DNA of 64,000 nucleotides from Octopus sinensis (lineage: Eukaryota). The notes below the pieces were generated by a model, which was not told where the DNA came from, did not search any database, and saw nothing but the letters and a program-made list of their open reading frames with translations. The DNA lies in the NCBI RefSeq assembly GCF_006345805.1, contig NC_043011.1, positions 8,122,001 to 8,186,000 of the forward strand, written 5' to 3'. The number at the start of each line of letters is the position of its first letter. The first letter of the stretch is position 1. Position numbers and translations under genes: made by a program. Positions 1 to 13,217 of the stretch are shown piece by piece.

Positions 1-284
1 GTATTTGACCCACCCCTATCCAAATTGAACTCTGTATTTGACCCACCCCTATCCAAATGACGAACAAAGCTATGTGCTTTGTAGCCGGTCGTAGCAAGCT
101 TTCCACTTTCGGGATATTGTAAAATGTAGATGGGCGAGAAAATATAATTCCGAAATAATTAAATATATATTGTGAAAGAAAACGTAAAATAGATATTTAA
201 ATAAATATACAAATAACAGGTTAACATGACTTACTCCCGCCAAAACACATAGACAAGAATATATATATACTTAGATTATATGAC

Positions 285-812
285 GTTAGTTAGTTAATTA
301 GTTAATTATTTGGCTCGAAAAGCAAAATGCAAGGCCATGTAGGGGGACATGGAATTATGTACAGGATGGTGTTCATGTAAAGAGTTCAGGCCACTTGTGG
401 TCAAGGGAGACTTTGAACCGAGCGGTCGTCGGCATCTTGACTATCTCGTCCGGCAGCTTATTCCACGGATCCGCAACCCGGACGGAGAAAGCCCCTCTCC
501 TTCGATTGAGATAAAATCGTCGCTGATAGAGCTTTTCGGAGTAACCCCGAAGCCGACGCTCTGGAGCAGGAGTGAAGAACAGCTCTTTCGAGAAGTTACA
601 CTTTCCGCTTATGATGTTGTGAGCAAGAATGAGATCACCACGGCATCGTCGTTTTTCTAGAGAATAAAGGTCGAGCGTCTTCAGCCTTTCTTCATAAGAG
701 AAATGGTTGAGACCAAGAACCATGCGGGTAGCCAGCTTCTGGACTCTTTCGAGATGCTGTATGTCTTTGAGGAGATAAGGAGAAGAGGCTTGAATCCCGT
801 ACCCCATAGGCC
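285..812 (-). mobile_element. CR1-group LINE, 5'-truncated 3' fragment (RT C-terminus, 3'UTR, (TAAC)n tail)
   Basis: ORF 373..807(-) has LERVQKLATRMV..YEERLKTLDLYSLEKRRCRGDLI, typical of the CR1 ORF2 C-terminus; ends in TAAC repeats near 285-305. Confidence 0.9.
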
Positions 813-814
813 AT

Positions 815-1080
815 TCCTGCGCCTGTATACATATATAGATAGTTGAAATTTACAGAAATTTTGCAGAAAAACAAAAGACAGGTGTATAAACAACAAACAG
901 GTGTATTAGTTTAACGCTCGGAAAGGTGAGAAGGTCTTCTACGTTTCGAGCTTACGCTCTTCAACAGAGAGAAAGACGAGGAAGGAAACAGAGAGAGAAT
1001 AAAAAACTATTGGAGCTAGCGGTCAATCATGGCGGCTGGCTGGACAAAGATAGTTAGACAGGAGAGCTAGTTTGAAAAGG
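815..1080 (-). mobile_element. Penelope-like terminal fragment (same family as 22020-22270)
   Basis: Reverse complement of 860-975 aligns by eye to 22125-22255, including CTGTTGAAGAGCGTA(A/G)GCTCGAAACGT. Confidence 0.7.
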
Positions 1081-1102
1081 GGATATATATATATATATAT
1101 AT

Positions 1103-1506
1103 ACTCTTTTACTCTTTACTCTTTTACTTGTTTCAGTCATTTGACTGCGGTCATGCTGGAGCACCGCCTTTAGTCGAGCAAATCGACCCCGTAACTTATT
1201 CTTTGTAAGCCCAGTACTTATTCTATCGGTCTCTTTTGCCGAACCGCTAAGTAACGGGGACGTAAACACACCAGCATCGGTTGTCAAGCAATGCTAGGGG
1301 GACAAACACACATACATACACACACATATATATATATATATATATACATATATACGACAGGCCTCTTTCAGTTTCCGTCTACCAAATCCACTCACAAGGC
1401 ATTGGTCGGCCGGGGCTATAGCAGAAGACACTTGCCCAAGATGCCACGCAGTACAACTGAACCCGAAACCATGTGGCTGGTTAGCAAGCTACTTACCACA
1501 CAGCCT
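1103..1506 (-). mobile_element. tRNA-derived SINE family A (octopus OK/OR-like), near full length
   Basis: tRNA-like head, central (AT/AC)n, 3' tail GGCGGTGCTCCAGCATGACCGCAGTCAAATGACTGAAAC; many copies in the window. Confidence 0.85.
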
Positions 1507-1528
1507 ATCCTATATATATATATATACA

Positions 1529-1568
<40 letters not shown>

Positions 1569-1611
1569 TATATATATATTATATATATATATTATATATA
1601 TATATATATAT

Positions 1612-1872
1612 CTTTTATTATGTTACTTGTATCAGTCATTTGACTGCGGCCATGCTGGTGGACCGTCTTCATTCGAACATATCGAACCCAGGACTAACCT
1701 TTGTAAGCCTAGTGCTTATTCTATCGGTCTCTTTTGCCGAACCGCTGGATTACAGGGACGTAAACACACCAGCATCGGTTGTCAAGCGATGTTGGATGAC
1801 AAACACAGACACAGACACACACACGTACTCACACACACGTACACATACACGTACACACACACGTACACACAT

Positions 1873-1909
<37 letters not shown>

Positions 1910-2070
1910 CATATATATAAGACGGGTTTCTTTCAGTTTCCGTCTACCAAATCCACTCACAAGGCTTTGGTCGGCCTGAGGCTATAGTAGAAGACACTTG
2001 CCCAAGGTGCCACGCAGTACAACTGAACCCGGAATCCTGTGGTTGGTAAGCAAACTACTTACCACACAGC
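1612..2070 (-). mobile_element. SINE family A
   Basis: Same head, body and tail as 1103-1506. Confidence 0.85.
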
Positions 2071-2105
2071 CATACATATATACATATATGTATATATATT
2101 ATATA

Positions 2106-2444
2106 GGTGCAGGAGTTGCTGTATGGTAAGTAGCTTGCTTACCAGCCACATGATTCCGGGTTCAGTCCCACTGCGTTTTACCTTCGGCAAATATCTCCAA
2201 CTATAGCCGCGAGCTATACACACACACACACACACACACAATATATATGTATATATGTGTGTGTGTGTATGATTGTGTGTCTATGTTTCTCCCCACCATT
2301 GCTTGACAACCGATGATGGTGTGTTTAATACCCCGTACCGTTGCGGTTCGGCAATAAGAGCCCGATAGAATAAGTATTAGGCTTACAAAGAATAAGTCCT
2401 TGGGACGAATTGTTCGACTAAAGTCCGTACTCCAGCATGGCCAG
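2106..2444 (+). mobile_element. SINE family A, cut by assembly gap
   Basis: GCAGGAGTTGCTGTATGGTAAG head through CCAGCATGGCC, then Ns. Confidence 0.8.
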
Positions 2445-2544
2445 NNNNNNNNNNNNNNNNNNNNNNNNNNNNNNNNNNNNNNNNNNNNNNNNNNNNNNNN
2501 NNNNNNNNNNNNNNNNNNNNNNNNNNNNNNNNNNNNNNNNNNNN
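2445..2544. other. Assembly gap (100 N placeholder)
   Basis: Exactly 100 N. Confidence 0.99.
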
Positions 2545-2631
2545 CACATTCTCAGAGACGTATGTAAGCACACATATTACACACATAAGCTACACACATA
2601 TATTAAAAGCACATACATATACCTCCATTCT

Positions 2632-2676
<45 letters not shown>

Positions 2677-3064
2677 GCCCGCAAACACACGAACACAAAC
2701 CCAGCCAACCCAACCAACCAACCAACCAACGAAATAACGAAAACAAAACAAACACCATACGAACATGCGCCCGGGTCCCTATAAATACGTAAACACATAA
2801 CAACTAATAGGAAACGAAGTTTATACACAGATTGAAGCGAAATTTAATTAAAATAATAAGCATAAATTCTAAAAATCTGTTAAATTATTTAGCATTCTCA
2901 TTTAAGAAAATTCTCATTTTACAGATTTTTATTTTATAAAATTTCTTATTTTATAAATTCTTCCTCCATTGCGTTTCCGTTTTAATATTCAATTAACATC
3001 GAAATCAAAATTTAAATTCTAATTTACATTTTTTAAAGGAAATCGTTTTATTTCGTTTCATTTT

Positions 3065-3655
3065 TTTTTATTTGTTTCAGTCATTTTGACTGCGGCTATA
3101 CTGGAGCACCGGCTTTTGTCGAACAAACCGCCCCCCAGGACTTTGTAAGCCTAATACTTATTCTATCGGTCTCTTTTGCCGAACCGCTAGGCTACGGTTG
3201 TCAAGCGATGGTGGGTGGACAAACGCACATACACACACACACACACATATATACAACGGGCTTCTTTCAGTTTCCGTCTACAAAAAGACCCACTCACAAG
3301 GCTGTTGGGCAGCCCGAGGCAACAGTAGACACTTGCCCAAGGTGCCACACAGTAGAACTGAACCCGGAACCATGTGGTTGGGAGGCAAGCTTTTTACCAC
3401 TACACCTATTTCTGCGCCTATCATTATTTTTTTGTCATAAAGCTTGGTACCTATTCTATCGGTTCTATTTTGCTGAACTGCTAGTTACAGGGACGTAAAC
3501 ACACCAACACCGGTTGCCAAGCGATGGTGGAGGACAAACACAGACGTAAAGACACAAACACACACACATAGATATATGTGTATTTGTATATACGACGGGC
3601 TTCTTTCAGTTTCCGTCCACCAAATCTACTCACAAGGCTTTGGTCGGCCCGAAGT
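3065..3655 (-). mobile_element. Two adjacent SINE family A copies (second partial)
   Basis: Family A body occurs twice, at about 3065-3418 and 3440-3655. Confidence 0.75.
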
Positions 3656-3674
3656 CAAAGTAAAAGGCACAAGA

Positions 3675-3810
3675 AGACGAACAGCGTTGGACAAAATGTT
3701 TAGGGCTATTTCTTCCGGTTCCGTACGTTCTGAGTTCAAATTCAGCTGAAGTCCACCTTACCTTTCATCCTTTCAAGATCGATAACATAAAGACCCGCAG
3801 AATAATGAGG
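3675..3810 (+). mobile_element. SINE family B, degenerate
   Basis: GTTCTGAGTTCAAATTC B-box and CCTTTCATCCTTTC motif shared with 22496-22724. Confidence 0.6.
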
Positions 3811-4062
3811 TTGATAAAATCGACTTGCTTCTCACCAAAGACAAAAAAAAAGTTTGCAAGACGCAACGAAAATTTTAGGAAAATAAAAACAAGAAACAAG
3901 TGGAAATTTTACCAGTGAGTGTGTGGCACAGTGAGTATATGGCACAAAAAGAAAATTACTCTCCCCAGACCCAACAGAATATGCTGTCAACACCACGAAC
4001 TCATATAAAGAATCTTGTAAACCAAATCCAAACGAAATAATATATATATATATTAATATATA

Positions 4063-4102
<40 letters not shown>

Positions 4103-4382
4103 CGTATACATAATATATATACATATAGATACATACATATTATACTGTATATATAATACATATATATCTGTGTATAGATACTACATATATAACATATGTA
4201 TATATATATTATATATATATATATATATTTATAGATATATATATATATATATATTCTATATAATATATATATATATATACACATATAACCATATTAATAC
4301 ATTATGTATAATATATATATTGGCGTTCAGACGAGTGTACTGGCATAGATTTTCCAGTAAATAATCATTGCTTCGTTGTACC

Positions 4383-4440
<58 letters not shown>

Positions 4441-4578
4441 TATATATATATTATATATATATATATATATATATGTATACACACACACAACACCACATAT
4501 ATATATGTATATAAGAATTTTTTGCGTAATGAGATAAGAAACCAAGGCTGTATAGATATTAGAACATTTACAGATAGG

Positions 4579-4628
4579 TCTTACAGCTGTTTCCAGAATA
4601 TTTATTAATTATATCCCTTCATCGGAGA
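4579..4628 (-). ncRNA. Type I hammerhead-like motif (CCGAUGA core)
   Basis: TCT-CCGATGA-AGGGATAT..ATATTCTG-GAAA-CAGCTG-TA-AGA; palindromic ACAGCTGT helix III. Confidence 0.6.
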
Positions 4629-4979
4629 TGGTGTGAGAGGATGGTTAAGTAATAGTTTAGATAGGATATAAAATAGAGAGTGAGGTGGAGGAAAGAAAAT
4701 AGACGTGAGATATGTATGGGTATCGAATTTGTAGATCCATTTCTTAGACAGAATGGTATATATGTAAGATTCCAATACCTTATGAGAAAAATCCAACGGT
4801 ATTTAAAAGTGTTCATTCGAAGTGGAATGAGCAATATGTTACATATATACTATTCTGCCTAAGAAATGGATCTGCAAATTCAATATCCCTACATATCTCA
4901 CATCTATTTTCTTTCCTCCACCTCACTCTCTATTTTGTATCCTATCTAAATTAATAATTATTTAACCATCTTCTCACCA

Positions 4980-5029
4980 TCTCCGATGAAGGGATATAAT
5001 TAATAAATATCCTAGAAACAGATGTAAGA
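4980..5029 (+). ncRNA. Type I hammerhead-like motif (CCGAUGA core)
   Basis: TCT-CCGATGA-AGGGATAT..ATATCCTA-GAAA-CAGATG-TA-AGA. Confidence 0.55.
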
Positions 5030-5213
5030 CCTTCTATCTATAAATGTTCTAATATCTACACAGCTTTGGTTTTTTATCTCATTACACAAAAAATTCTTAT
5101 ATACACACGCTGACATATGACCAACGTTGAACTCCTTATTCGCAAAATCACTGAACCTGGAACTTAACTATGGTTTGTATATAGCACTTATTCAGCCTTA
5201 CCTGACACCATTA

Positions 5214-5249
<36 letters not shown>

Positions 5250-5255
<6 letters not shown>

Positions 5256-5790
5256 TTTGAAGCTCCTCAAAGGTCAATCACGAAAAAGACAGATGACATG
5301 TCAGACCTCGACTACTGGGGTCGACTAGAAAAGCTGAGACTCTGTTCACTCCAACGACGCCGTGAACGATACATTATTTGTATGGTGTGGAAAATATTCC
5401 ATCAGCACTGTCCAAATGATGTTGACATCACCTTCAAAATACACCCAAGACTTGGATCCCGTGCCATCCGTCCACAACAAAAATCTAAATCGCATCTCAT
5501 AACAACAATACGGCACCAATTATATTCACAATCTCACAATTGGCTCCGCTCTCTTCAACATTACTCAAGGATATGTCAAACAGAAACTGACCCACAAAAT
5601 TCAAGAAGTCTTTGAACAAAATCTTCCAAGCGGTCAACCACCCACACCCGGATATGTCTCCGCAAACAATAACTCTCTGCTCGAATGGTCCTTGGTGCCC
5701 AAATCCTGAATTGAAAGACTTCGCCAAGTGGTGCTATTAAGTTAGACATGGCCTGAGCCAATACTGGCCGAAACCTAAGTTATTCTAAGT
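5250..5790 (+). mobile_element. CR1-group LINE 3' fragment
   Basis: Translation LDYWGRLEKLRLCSLQRRRERYIICMVWKI; ends CATGGCCTGAGCCAATACTGGCCGAAAC. Confidence 0.85.
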
Positions 5791-5810
5791 TACACACACA
5801 CACACACACA

Positions 5811-5858
<48 letters not shown>

Positions 5859-5983
5859 CACATATATATATATACGTATATATACATACATATATATACA
5901 TACATTCATACATACATACATACATACATAAATACACACATACATGCATACATACATACAGACATACATACATACATATATAT

Positions 5984-6046
<63 letters not shown>

Positions 6047-6060
6047 ATACATATATAATA

Positions 6061-8550
6061 CGTACAAGCAAGCACAAGTTGAGTCCCTGCTCATCCTCAC
6101 CAATGCCCTATTCATGGAGCAAGCTTTACCCAGACTAACTAGGGAGAATAACATTCTGGATCTCTGCTTCACGAACAATATGGACATCATTCATGATGTG
6201 AAAGTGACGCCAACATTAGTCTTGGATCACAACACAATAGCGCTGTCTATGTTTGGGCCGAAAGCAACCAGAGACATACAGCCTAAAGGAAGCACCCGAA
6301 ATCTCTCCAATCTGAACTTCTACAAAGCAGACTGGAAATCGATCCAAAAAGAGATCCTCAGAGGGGACTGGTCGAAATGTCTCCACATCAGACATTGACA
6401 TGAAACTAGATTGTTTTATGTCTGTTGTGTAAGCCATATGCCAGAAATATGTCCCAGAGGACAAGGCCCCCCAAAAAATGGAACAAGATTCCAAGGGAGA
6501 GGAAGCTCCTCATGAGACGACGGACGAAGGTTGCAAATCGACTCAACCAACATCCCAAAAGTAGCGAAAGGTCCCGCCTAAAAAAAACAAAAAAAAAACA
6601 CTGATGGTGATTGAAAAACGGCTGCAACAATCCTGTGAGGGAGAAATCAGACAAAGAAAAAACTTTAAGTCAAACCTAAAGGCCTTCTTTCATTACGCGA
6701 AAGAAACAGCCTCAGTATGCTGCAAGATAAGGCCCTTCTTCCAAAAGGATGGCTCCTTCACAGACAATCCAACTGAATGACCAGTTCAAAAGTGTCTACC
6801 ACCCCGTTGGAACACAGATAAATGAACGAACCAGTGGACTTCTTTGCCGCCTCACCTATAACCAGCGAGGCAGTTACGATGGAATACATCGACCTCAGCG
6901 AAGAAGATGTACTACTAGCCATAGATGAAGTGGACACAAACTAAACTGCTGGTCCTGATGGTTTCCCAATAATCCTCCTCAAATCGTGTAAGCATGCCTA
7001 GGCAAAATCCCCTCCAGATTCTCTTCCAGAGCTTTCTTACAAATGGCAGACTGCCAAGCAAGCTGAAGGAGGCCCAATCCATAAAGGGGAGAACAGAGCA
7101 GATGCCAAAAACTATAAGCCTATCTCTCTAACTTCACACATCAGCAAAGTCATGGAACGGATAGTCAGAGGGAAACTAATCGCATTTCTTGAAGAAAATA
7201 ACTTGCTGAGTGAAAACCAGCATAGCTTTAGACCAGGTAGGAGCTGCCTGACCCAGCTCTTACAACATTATGACTGGGTGTTGAGGCAGTTACTCAACAG
7301 ATTAAATGTGGACGTAATATACCTTGATTTTGCAAAAGCTTTTGACAAGGTGGATCATGGTATGATATGCCACAAACTGCGTGACCTCGGCATAGCTGGA
7401 AAACTTGGAGAGTGGTTACATGACTTTCTGAAAGTCAGGCAGTAGTGATTGATAGAGCAACCTCTATTAAAACGCAAATAGTGAAAGGTGTTCCGCAGGG
7501 TACTGTCTTGGGACCACTGCTTTTTATAGTGGCCCTAACAGATATGCCCTCAAGTGCCCGGATAGCCACCCTTGCAAGCTACGCAGACGATACGAAAGTC
7601 TTGCAGAAAATACAGAACCCCAGTGATGTTGCACATCTACAGCAGGAGTTGGATTCAATTTACAGATGGGCTGAGGATAATAATATGCAGTTTAATTCCA
7701 AGCCCTGCGCTACCAGCGTCCAAAACTGAATATGAATCTTACAGGGTACACTGGTTCACAGGGAATTTTAATCCCAGAGCCTAAATCAGTGAGGGACCTG
7801 GGTATCGACATAAGTGATGATACCTCTTTCCAAGTGCACATTACCAGGATGACGACAAAGTGCAGACGACTGGCTGGTTGGATCCTGAGAACATTCAGAA
7901 CCAGAGATAAGAAAACCATGATGTTCCTCTGGAGGACATTTGTCCTCAGCCACCTGGTTTGCTCCTCACAGCTATAGTCACCCACAAGTGTGAAATTAAC
8001 AGCGAACCTTGAAGCAATCCAGAGAAGATTCGCAAAGAAGATCGTCTCTTTGCAACTGCTCAGCTACTGGGAAAGGCTGAAACAGCTAAGACTCTACTCC
8101 CTGGAGAGAAGACGGGAGAGGTATGCAGTAATATATGTCTGGAAGATCCTGGAAGGAATTGTGCCAAATTTTGGCATTGAAAGCTACACCAATTCCAGAA
8201 CGGGACGACACTGCATAGTGCCAAAGATCCCAGCAACGCCATGACACTTCAGGACCAGTTACTGCAACATCCTGGGTTTCAAGGGCCCACAGCTTTTTAG
8301 TATTCTTCCAAAGTGCCTGAGAAACCTGCACAGAGGAGGTGCAGGCGTTTTAAAATCAAAGCTGGACCTCTTCCTGTCGAGAGTCCCAGATGAACCTACC
8401 TCACGGCAAGAAGTCCAAATAAGGGTAGCTATATCAAACTCCATTCTTCACCAAGTGCCACATATTGGAGGAGGATCTCAGTAATAACAGTGTAGCAAAA
8501 CGGCGGTGCATCAGCATGGCCGCAGTTATGAGCTGAAACTAAAAAAAGAA
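6061..8550 (+). mobile_element. CR1-group LINE, 5'-truncated, frameshifted ORF2 (APE endonuclease end plus RT)
   Basis: [52 protein letters not shown] in successive ORF fragments. Confidence 0.95.
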
Positions 8551-8796
8551 AAAGTACATATATTATATATATTATATATATACATATATATATATACATA
8601 TTACACATACACCACACACACAACATATATAATATATATACACACACACACACACCATATATATATATACATATATAATCATATATACACACGCGCAACA
8701 CATATATATGTATACATACACACACACACACACAACACACACAATATTATATATATATATATATATATACTTTATTTAAAGCAGCAGAAATTCAAC

Positions 8797-8844
8797 AAAA
8801 TCTGTTACTCTGAGTTTCTCGTTGCCGTTCATCAGACAGTTTTT
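8797..8844 (-). ncRNA. Minimal type I hammerhead-like motif in a short (AT)n-flanked insert (about 8765-8850)
   Basis: AAAACTGT-CTGATGA-ACGGCAACGA-GAAA-CTCAGAG-TA-ACAGATTT. Confidence 0.6.
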
Positions 8845-8919
8845 CCTATATATATATATATATATATTTATATATAGATAGATATAAAGACAAATATATA
8901 TATACACATATATGTTTAT

Positions 8920-8962
<43 letters not shown>

Positions 8963-9414
8963 CTATATATATGTGTGTGTGTGTGTATTTGTGTGTGTAT
9001 ATATATCCATCTACGCATCTATCTTATGTGTGCATATTTACGCATATACGTACACTCACACACTCACTCTCTCTCTCTCTCTCTCACAACACATAAGATG
9101 GTACAATTTGTTTTCTAAACATTTCAAGTTACCACTGAAATGCTTGAAACAGAGATATAAAGAGAGAGGAAGAGCGAAAGAGAGAGGGGCGGAGAGAGAG
9201 AGAGAGAAACGGCGACAGCGAAGCAGAGAGAGATGAAGAGAGAGAAAAAGAGAGTGGAGGTAGTAAGAGATGGCAAAGAAAATTGATTAGGGGAGGAGAG
9301 AAGAAGAGAATTGCAGAGAAGGAGGAGGTTGAGGGTGGGAGCGATATGACAGTATCAGAGAAAAAGACTTTCTGGGTGGACCGGATCAATAGAAAACTAG
9401 ACGTATTGGGTTTT

Positions 9415-9440
9415 TTATTTATCTATCTATCTATCTATCT

Positions 9441-9517
<77 letters not shown>

Positions 9518-9606
9518 TTGTCTGTCTGTCTGCCTGTCTGGCAGTCATTCTGTCTGTATTTGCCTGTCCCTCAATATTTCTGTCTGTCTAACTTTTTCTC
9601 TCTCCC

Positions 9607-9670
<64 letters not shown>

Positions 9671-9760
9671 CTATCTATCTATTTATCTATCTGTCTGTCT
9701 ATTTATCTATCTGTCTGTCTATCTATTTATCGATCTGTCTAGTAGTCCTTCTGTCTCTAT
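9415..9760. repeat. (TATC)n/(TGTC)n compound microsatellite
   Basis: Direct reading. Confidence 0.95.
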
Positions 9761-10309
9761 CTGCCTGTCCATCAATATTTCTGTCTGTGTGCCTTTTCTC
9801 TCCCTATCTCTCGCTCCCCCTCTCTCTCTCTATCCTTCTATCTATCTAACACGCCCTCTACAACTCCCTTCTCTCTATCACCACTCTTATATTTACTTAA
9901 CACACACAGTCTCTCTCTATTTTCCTCTACTCATCATCTCTCTCTCTCTCTTTCCCTCCGTCTTTTCCCCCTCTCTTTCTTTCTCTCTCTCTCTCTCTCT
10001 CTCTGTCTCACTATCATCCAACCCATTCCTACCCTGTAAACGATACTATATAAATCATGCGATGTTTTAATTACAAACCATTTCCTTTTCCGTTTTTTCG
10101 TACTTTTTCATTTATTTTCACATTTAAAAATATTTTCCTTCTCTTTTCCCCACATCCAGCGCTCCCACCCTCATCCCACCCCCAGACCACAAACACCTCC
10201 CAACACCACACCACCCACAACTTATTACGTAAAGTTTGTATTTTTTTTCCTTTTCTTCATGAGTATACTCTGATATTTGGTCACATCTGGCTTTAAGAAA
10301 ATGGTCGTG

Positions 10310-10760
10310 TCACGATGACGACGATGGTGGGGATGACGGACGACAACGATGACGATGATGATGATAGTGCTGATGATGGTGATGATGATGACGATGATGA
10401 TGATGATGGTGATGATAGTGTTGATGATGGCGATGACGACGACGATGATGATCAGCACGAGGGGATGTTAATGATGATGATGGTGTTGATGACAACGATG
10501 GTGACAACGACGACGATGATGATGACGACGGTCGTACTGATGACAATAATGGTGGTGAAAGTGATGATGGTGATGGTGAGGGTGAGGGTGACGATGCTGA
10601 TGATGGTGGTGGTTGTGGTGGTGCTGGTGGTGATGTAATGATAATGATGATGATAATGGTAGTGGTGGCAATGATGATGGAATTAATGGTGATAATACTG
10701 GTGATGAGGATAATGATGGTGGTTGATAATAATGATGACGATAGCAATGATAACGACAAA
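10310..10760. repeat. Degenerate (GAT/GAC/GGT)n trinucleotide repeat
   Basis: Direct reading; source of the poly-D/H/S ORFs. Confidence 0.9.
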
Positions 10761-11399
10761 AAAATTCAATGAACGCACTCAGTCCCTCATCAGTTGTCGA
10801 TCAAACATCATCACAATTTCAACACTTCCCGGAAATATTATTTTAATTTTTTGGTGTGTCAGCAAGATAAGTTGCTAGGTTACTGTAGAACTGACATGAC
10901 TGACGAACATGGGCAGAAAAAGAAATGTTGAAACAAGGACAATATCAGAAATATATAATGTCAGGTTGCAACTTACCTTAAATAAATGATAAATGGTTTA
11001 GATGTGAGGCGGCTACGAACAAAAATGCAAAACAATAGCTAATGTATATGCTGCTACACAGAATGTCTTTCGACTTCGTGGCATAAATATGAGAGATTGT
11101 GCAAAGTAACGCAAATAAGAAAGATGGTGTGTCTTTCGGCCTTGAGGCTAAAAGAAAAAAAAGAAAAGAAAAAGAAAAAATAGATTAGACAAATCAGGAG
11201 ATGCAAAGGAAGCGGCTAACCGGTTCAACAGTCAGGTAAAAAAAGAAGAAGAAAAAAAAGAAAAGAATATGAAGCAGAGAAACAGGGAGAGTAAGGTCCT
11301 GCAGTATCTTATTGGAAGGGAGAGAAGGAGAGGTTGTCTTATTGGAAGGGAGACAAGAGAATTTAGAGAGAGAGGAAAAAAACTGGTGAGAGAGGAGGA

Positions 11400-11740
11400 G
11401 AGAGAAGAAAGACTGAGAGAGAGATGGGGGAGAGAGACAAAGAGACACAAAGACACAGAGAGAGAGAGAGAGGGGAGAGAGACAAAGAGACACAAAGACT
11501 GAGAGAGAGAGAGAGAGGGGGAAAGACAAAAAGACACAAAGACAGAGAGAGAGAGAGGGGGGAGAGAGACAAAGAGACACGAAGACAGAGAGAGAGAGAG
11601 AGGAGGGGAGAGAGACAAAGAGACACGAAGACAGAGAGAGAGAGAGAGAGAGAGAGAGGGGAGAGAGACAAAGAGACACAAAGACTGAGAGAGAGAGAGA
11701 GGGGGGAAAGAGGGCACAAAGACAGAGAGAGAGAGAGGGG
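11400..11740. repeat. AG-rich minisatellite (GAGAGACAAAGAGACACAAAGAC plus (AG)n units)
   Basis: About 7 imperfect units. Confidence 0.85.
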
Positions 11741-11830
11741 GCTGTTGTAAAGTGTGTCCAGAAAATTCGCTGTGAGACAATTTCACTATATGTATATTAA
11801 AAGCAGGAATTCTTAATAATAATAATAATA

Positions 11831-11863
<33 letters not shown>

Positions 11864-11987
11864 TAATAAATAATAATAATAATAATAATAATAATGCATA
11901 AACTTCCGACTTGTCTCTTGAGGTCTCTGGGTGAGACTTGGAGTCAACTTGTACAAATGTAAAGCAAAAGTCAAAATAATAATAATG

Positions 11988-12027
<40 letters not shown>

Positions 12028-13217
12028 GAATGATAGATTTTATAAAAGCATTAAATAGGGAAGTCTTTATTCAACGTCAACCATCAAAAAGAAAAACGTG
12101 ATGAGGTCATTTCAAACGAAATTTTGTCACGGCGAATTTTCTTACGGCAAAAATGTTTACGGCAAAATTTTCTATAACCGTCATTAATACAGTCAAAATA
12201 AGGAAAGACGGAAAGAAGAGAAGAGAGGGCTGGATGGAAACTCAAATGTGTTGGGAAGTAGGTACAAAGATGGAAGGTTGAGTAGAAAAGTAGGACGACA
12301 GAAAGATAAATAAATCGATGCAAAGGAGGAGAGAAAGGTAGATAAAGGCAGAGAGAAAGATATATGTACTAGCAGAAAGAAGTCCCTCCGGGTGGTTTTC
12401 TGCTAGCCACATGATAATATTTTCACATTTGATTCCCAATTCTGATAACTTTTATGATATTGCCTGTTGAAATGGACAGGTTCAAGCGAAAGAATGCCCA
12501 TATATCTTTGGACGCCCCATGTTGAATTACAAAATTCTAATGTGATATTTATGTAATAATGAAATCAAATCTGCAGTGTGCGTATGTGTGTGTATGAGTG
12601 TGAGTGCATGTGTGTGAGATAGAGAGAAGGAGAGAGAGCGTTGCAAACAATAAATGAAATAAACATGAAATGAAAAACCGTATGAATAAAAGCTCGCCAA
12701 AAACTATCTTTTACCAAACATTTAAATGAACTTGAAATATTCAACAATAAAAAGAAGTTTCAGAAAGTAAATTTTCTTGAAAACTTCAATTTATAAAAAA
12801 TCTCACTTGCTTAGTGAATATTTCTTTCAGTAAGTTATCATCGTTGTCTGCAAATAGTGAAATAAAATTTGAAATGAAAAGATTAAATTTGAGTGTGAGA
12901 GGTTTCGCATATGGAAACGGAAATTTTCGCCTGCAGCAACTGTTGCTATGCCAATATCGAAAGCTGACTTTGAAAAACCTTTGTAAAGAAGTGAATCATA
13001 CTTATAAAGCAAAACCATTTACTTTTTAATAGAAAATAATGAACTGAAGACCCCTTTTATGTATCCGAGGTCAAATTATTCATGCATCCCAAATATGGAA
13101 CCGATTCGTGCAGCCGTTTATTTCGGGAAAAACGAATACACACACGCGCGCGCGTGCGCAGACACACATACACACACAAACATGCAGGTCTATTTTATAT
13201 ATAATATATATATTCAT

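Larger units (their letters stand above)
4507..5218 (+). mobile_element. Non-coding Penelope-type mini-insertion: inverted terminal repeat, spacer, terminal repeat, ~114-bp tail
   Basis: 4507-4767 is the reverse complement of 4839-5104; both arms carry a hammerhead-like motif; flanked by (AT)n. Confidence 0.7.

Noticed and set aside
1-58. 25-bp direct repeat GTATTTGACCCACCCCTATCCAAAT
   Set aside because: The repeat is real but cut by the window edge, so it cannot be interpreted.
5750-5785. CTGAGCCAATACTGGCCGAAAC as a hammerhead
   Set aside because: No CUGANGA and no helix I; better explained as the LINE 3' stem-loop.
10310-10759. Poly-Asp/His/Ser ORFs as an acidic or metal-binding protein
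   Set aside because: Degenerate (GAT)n is open in several frames on both strands, with no splice or domain support.
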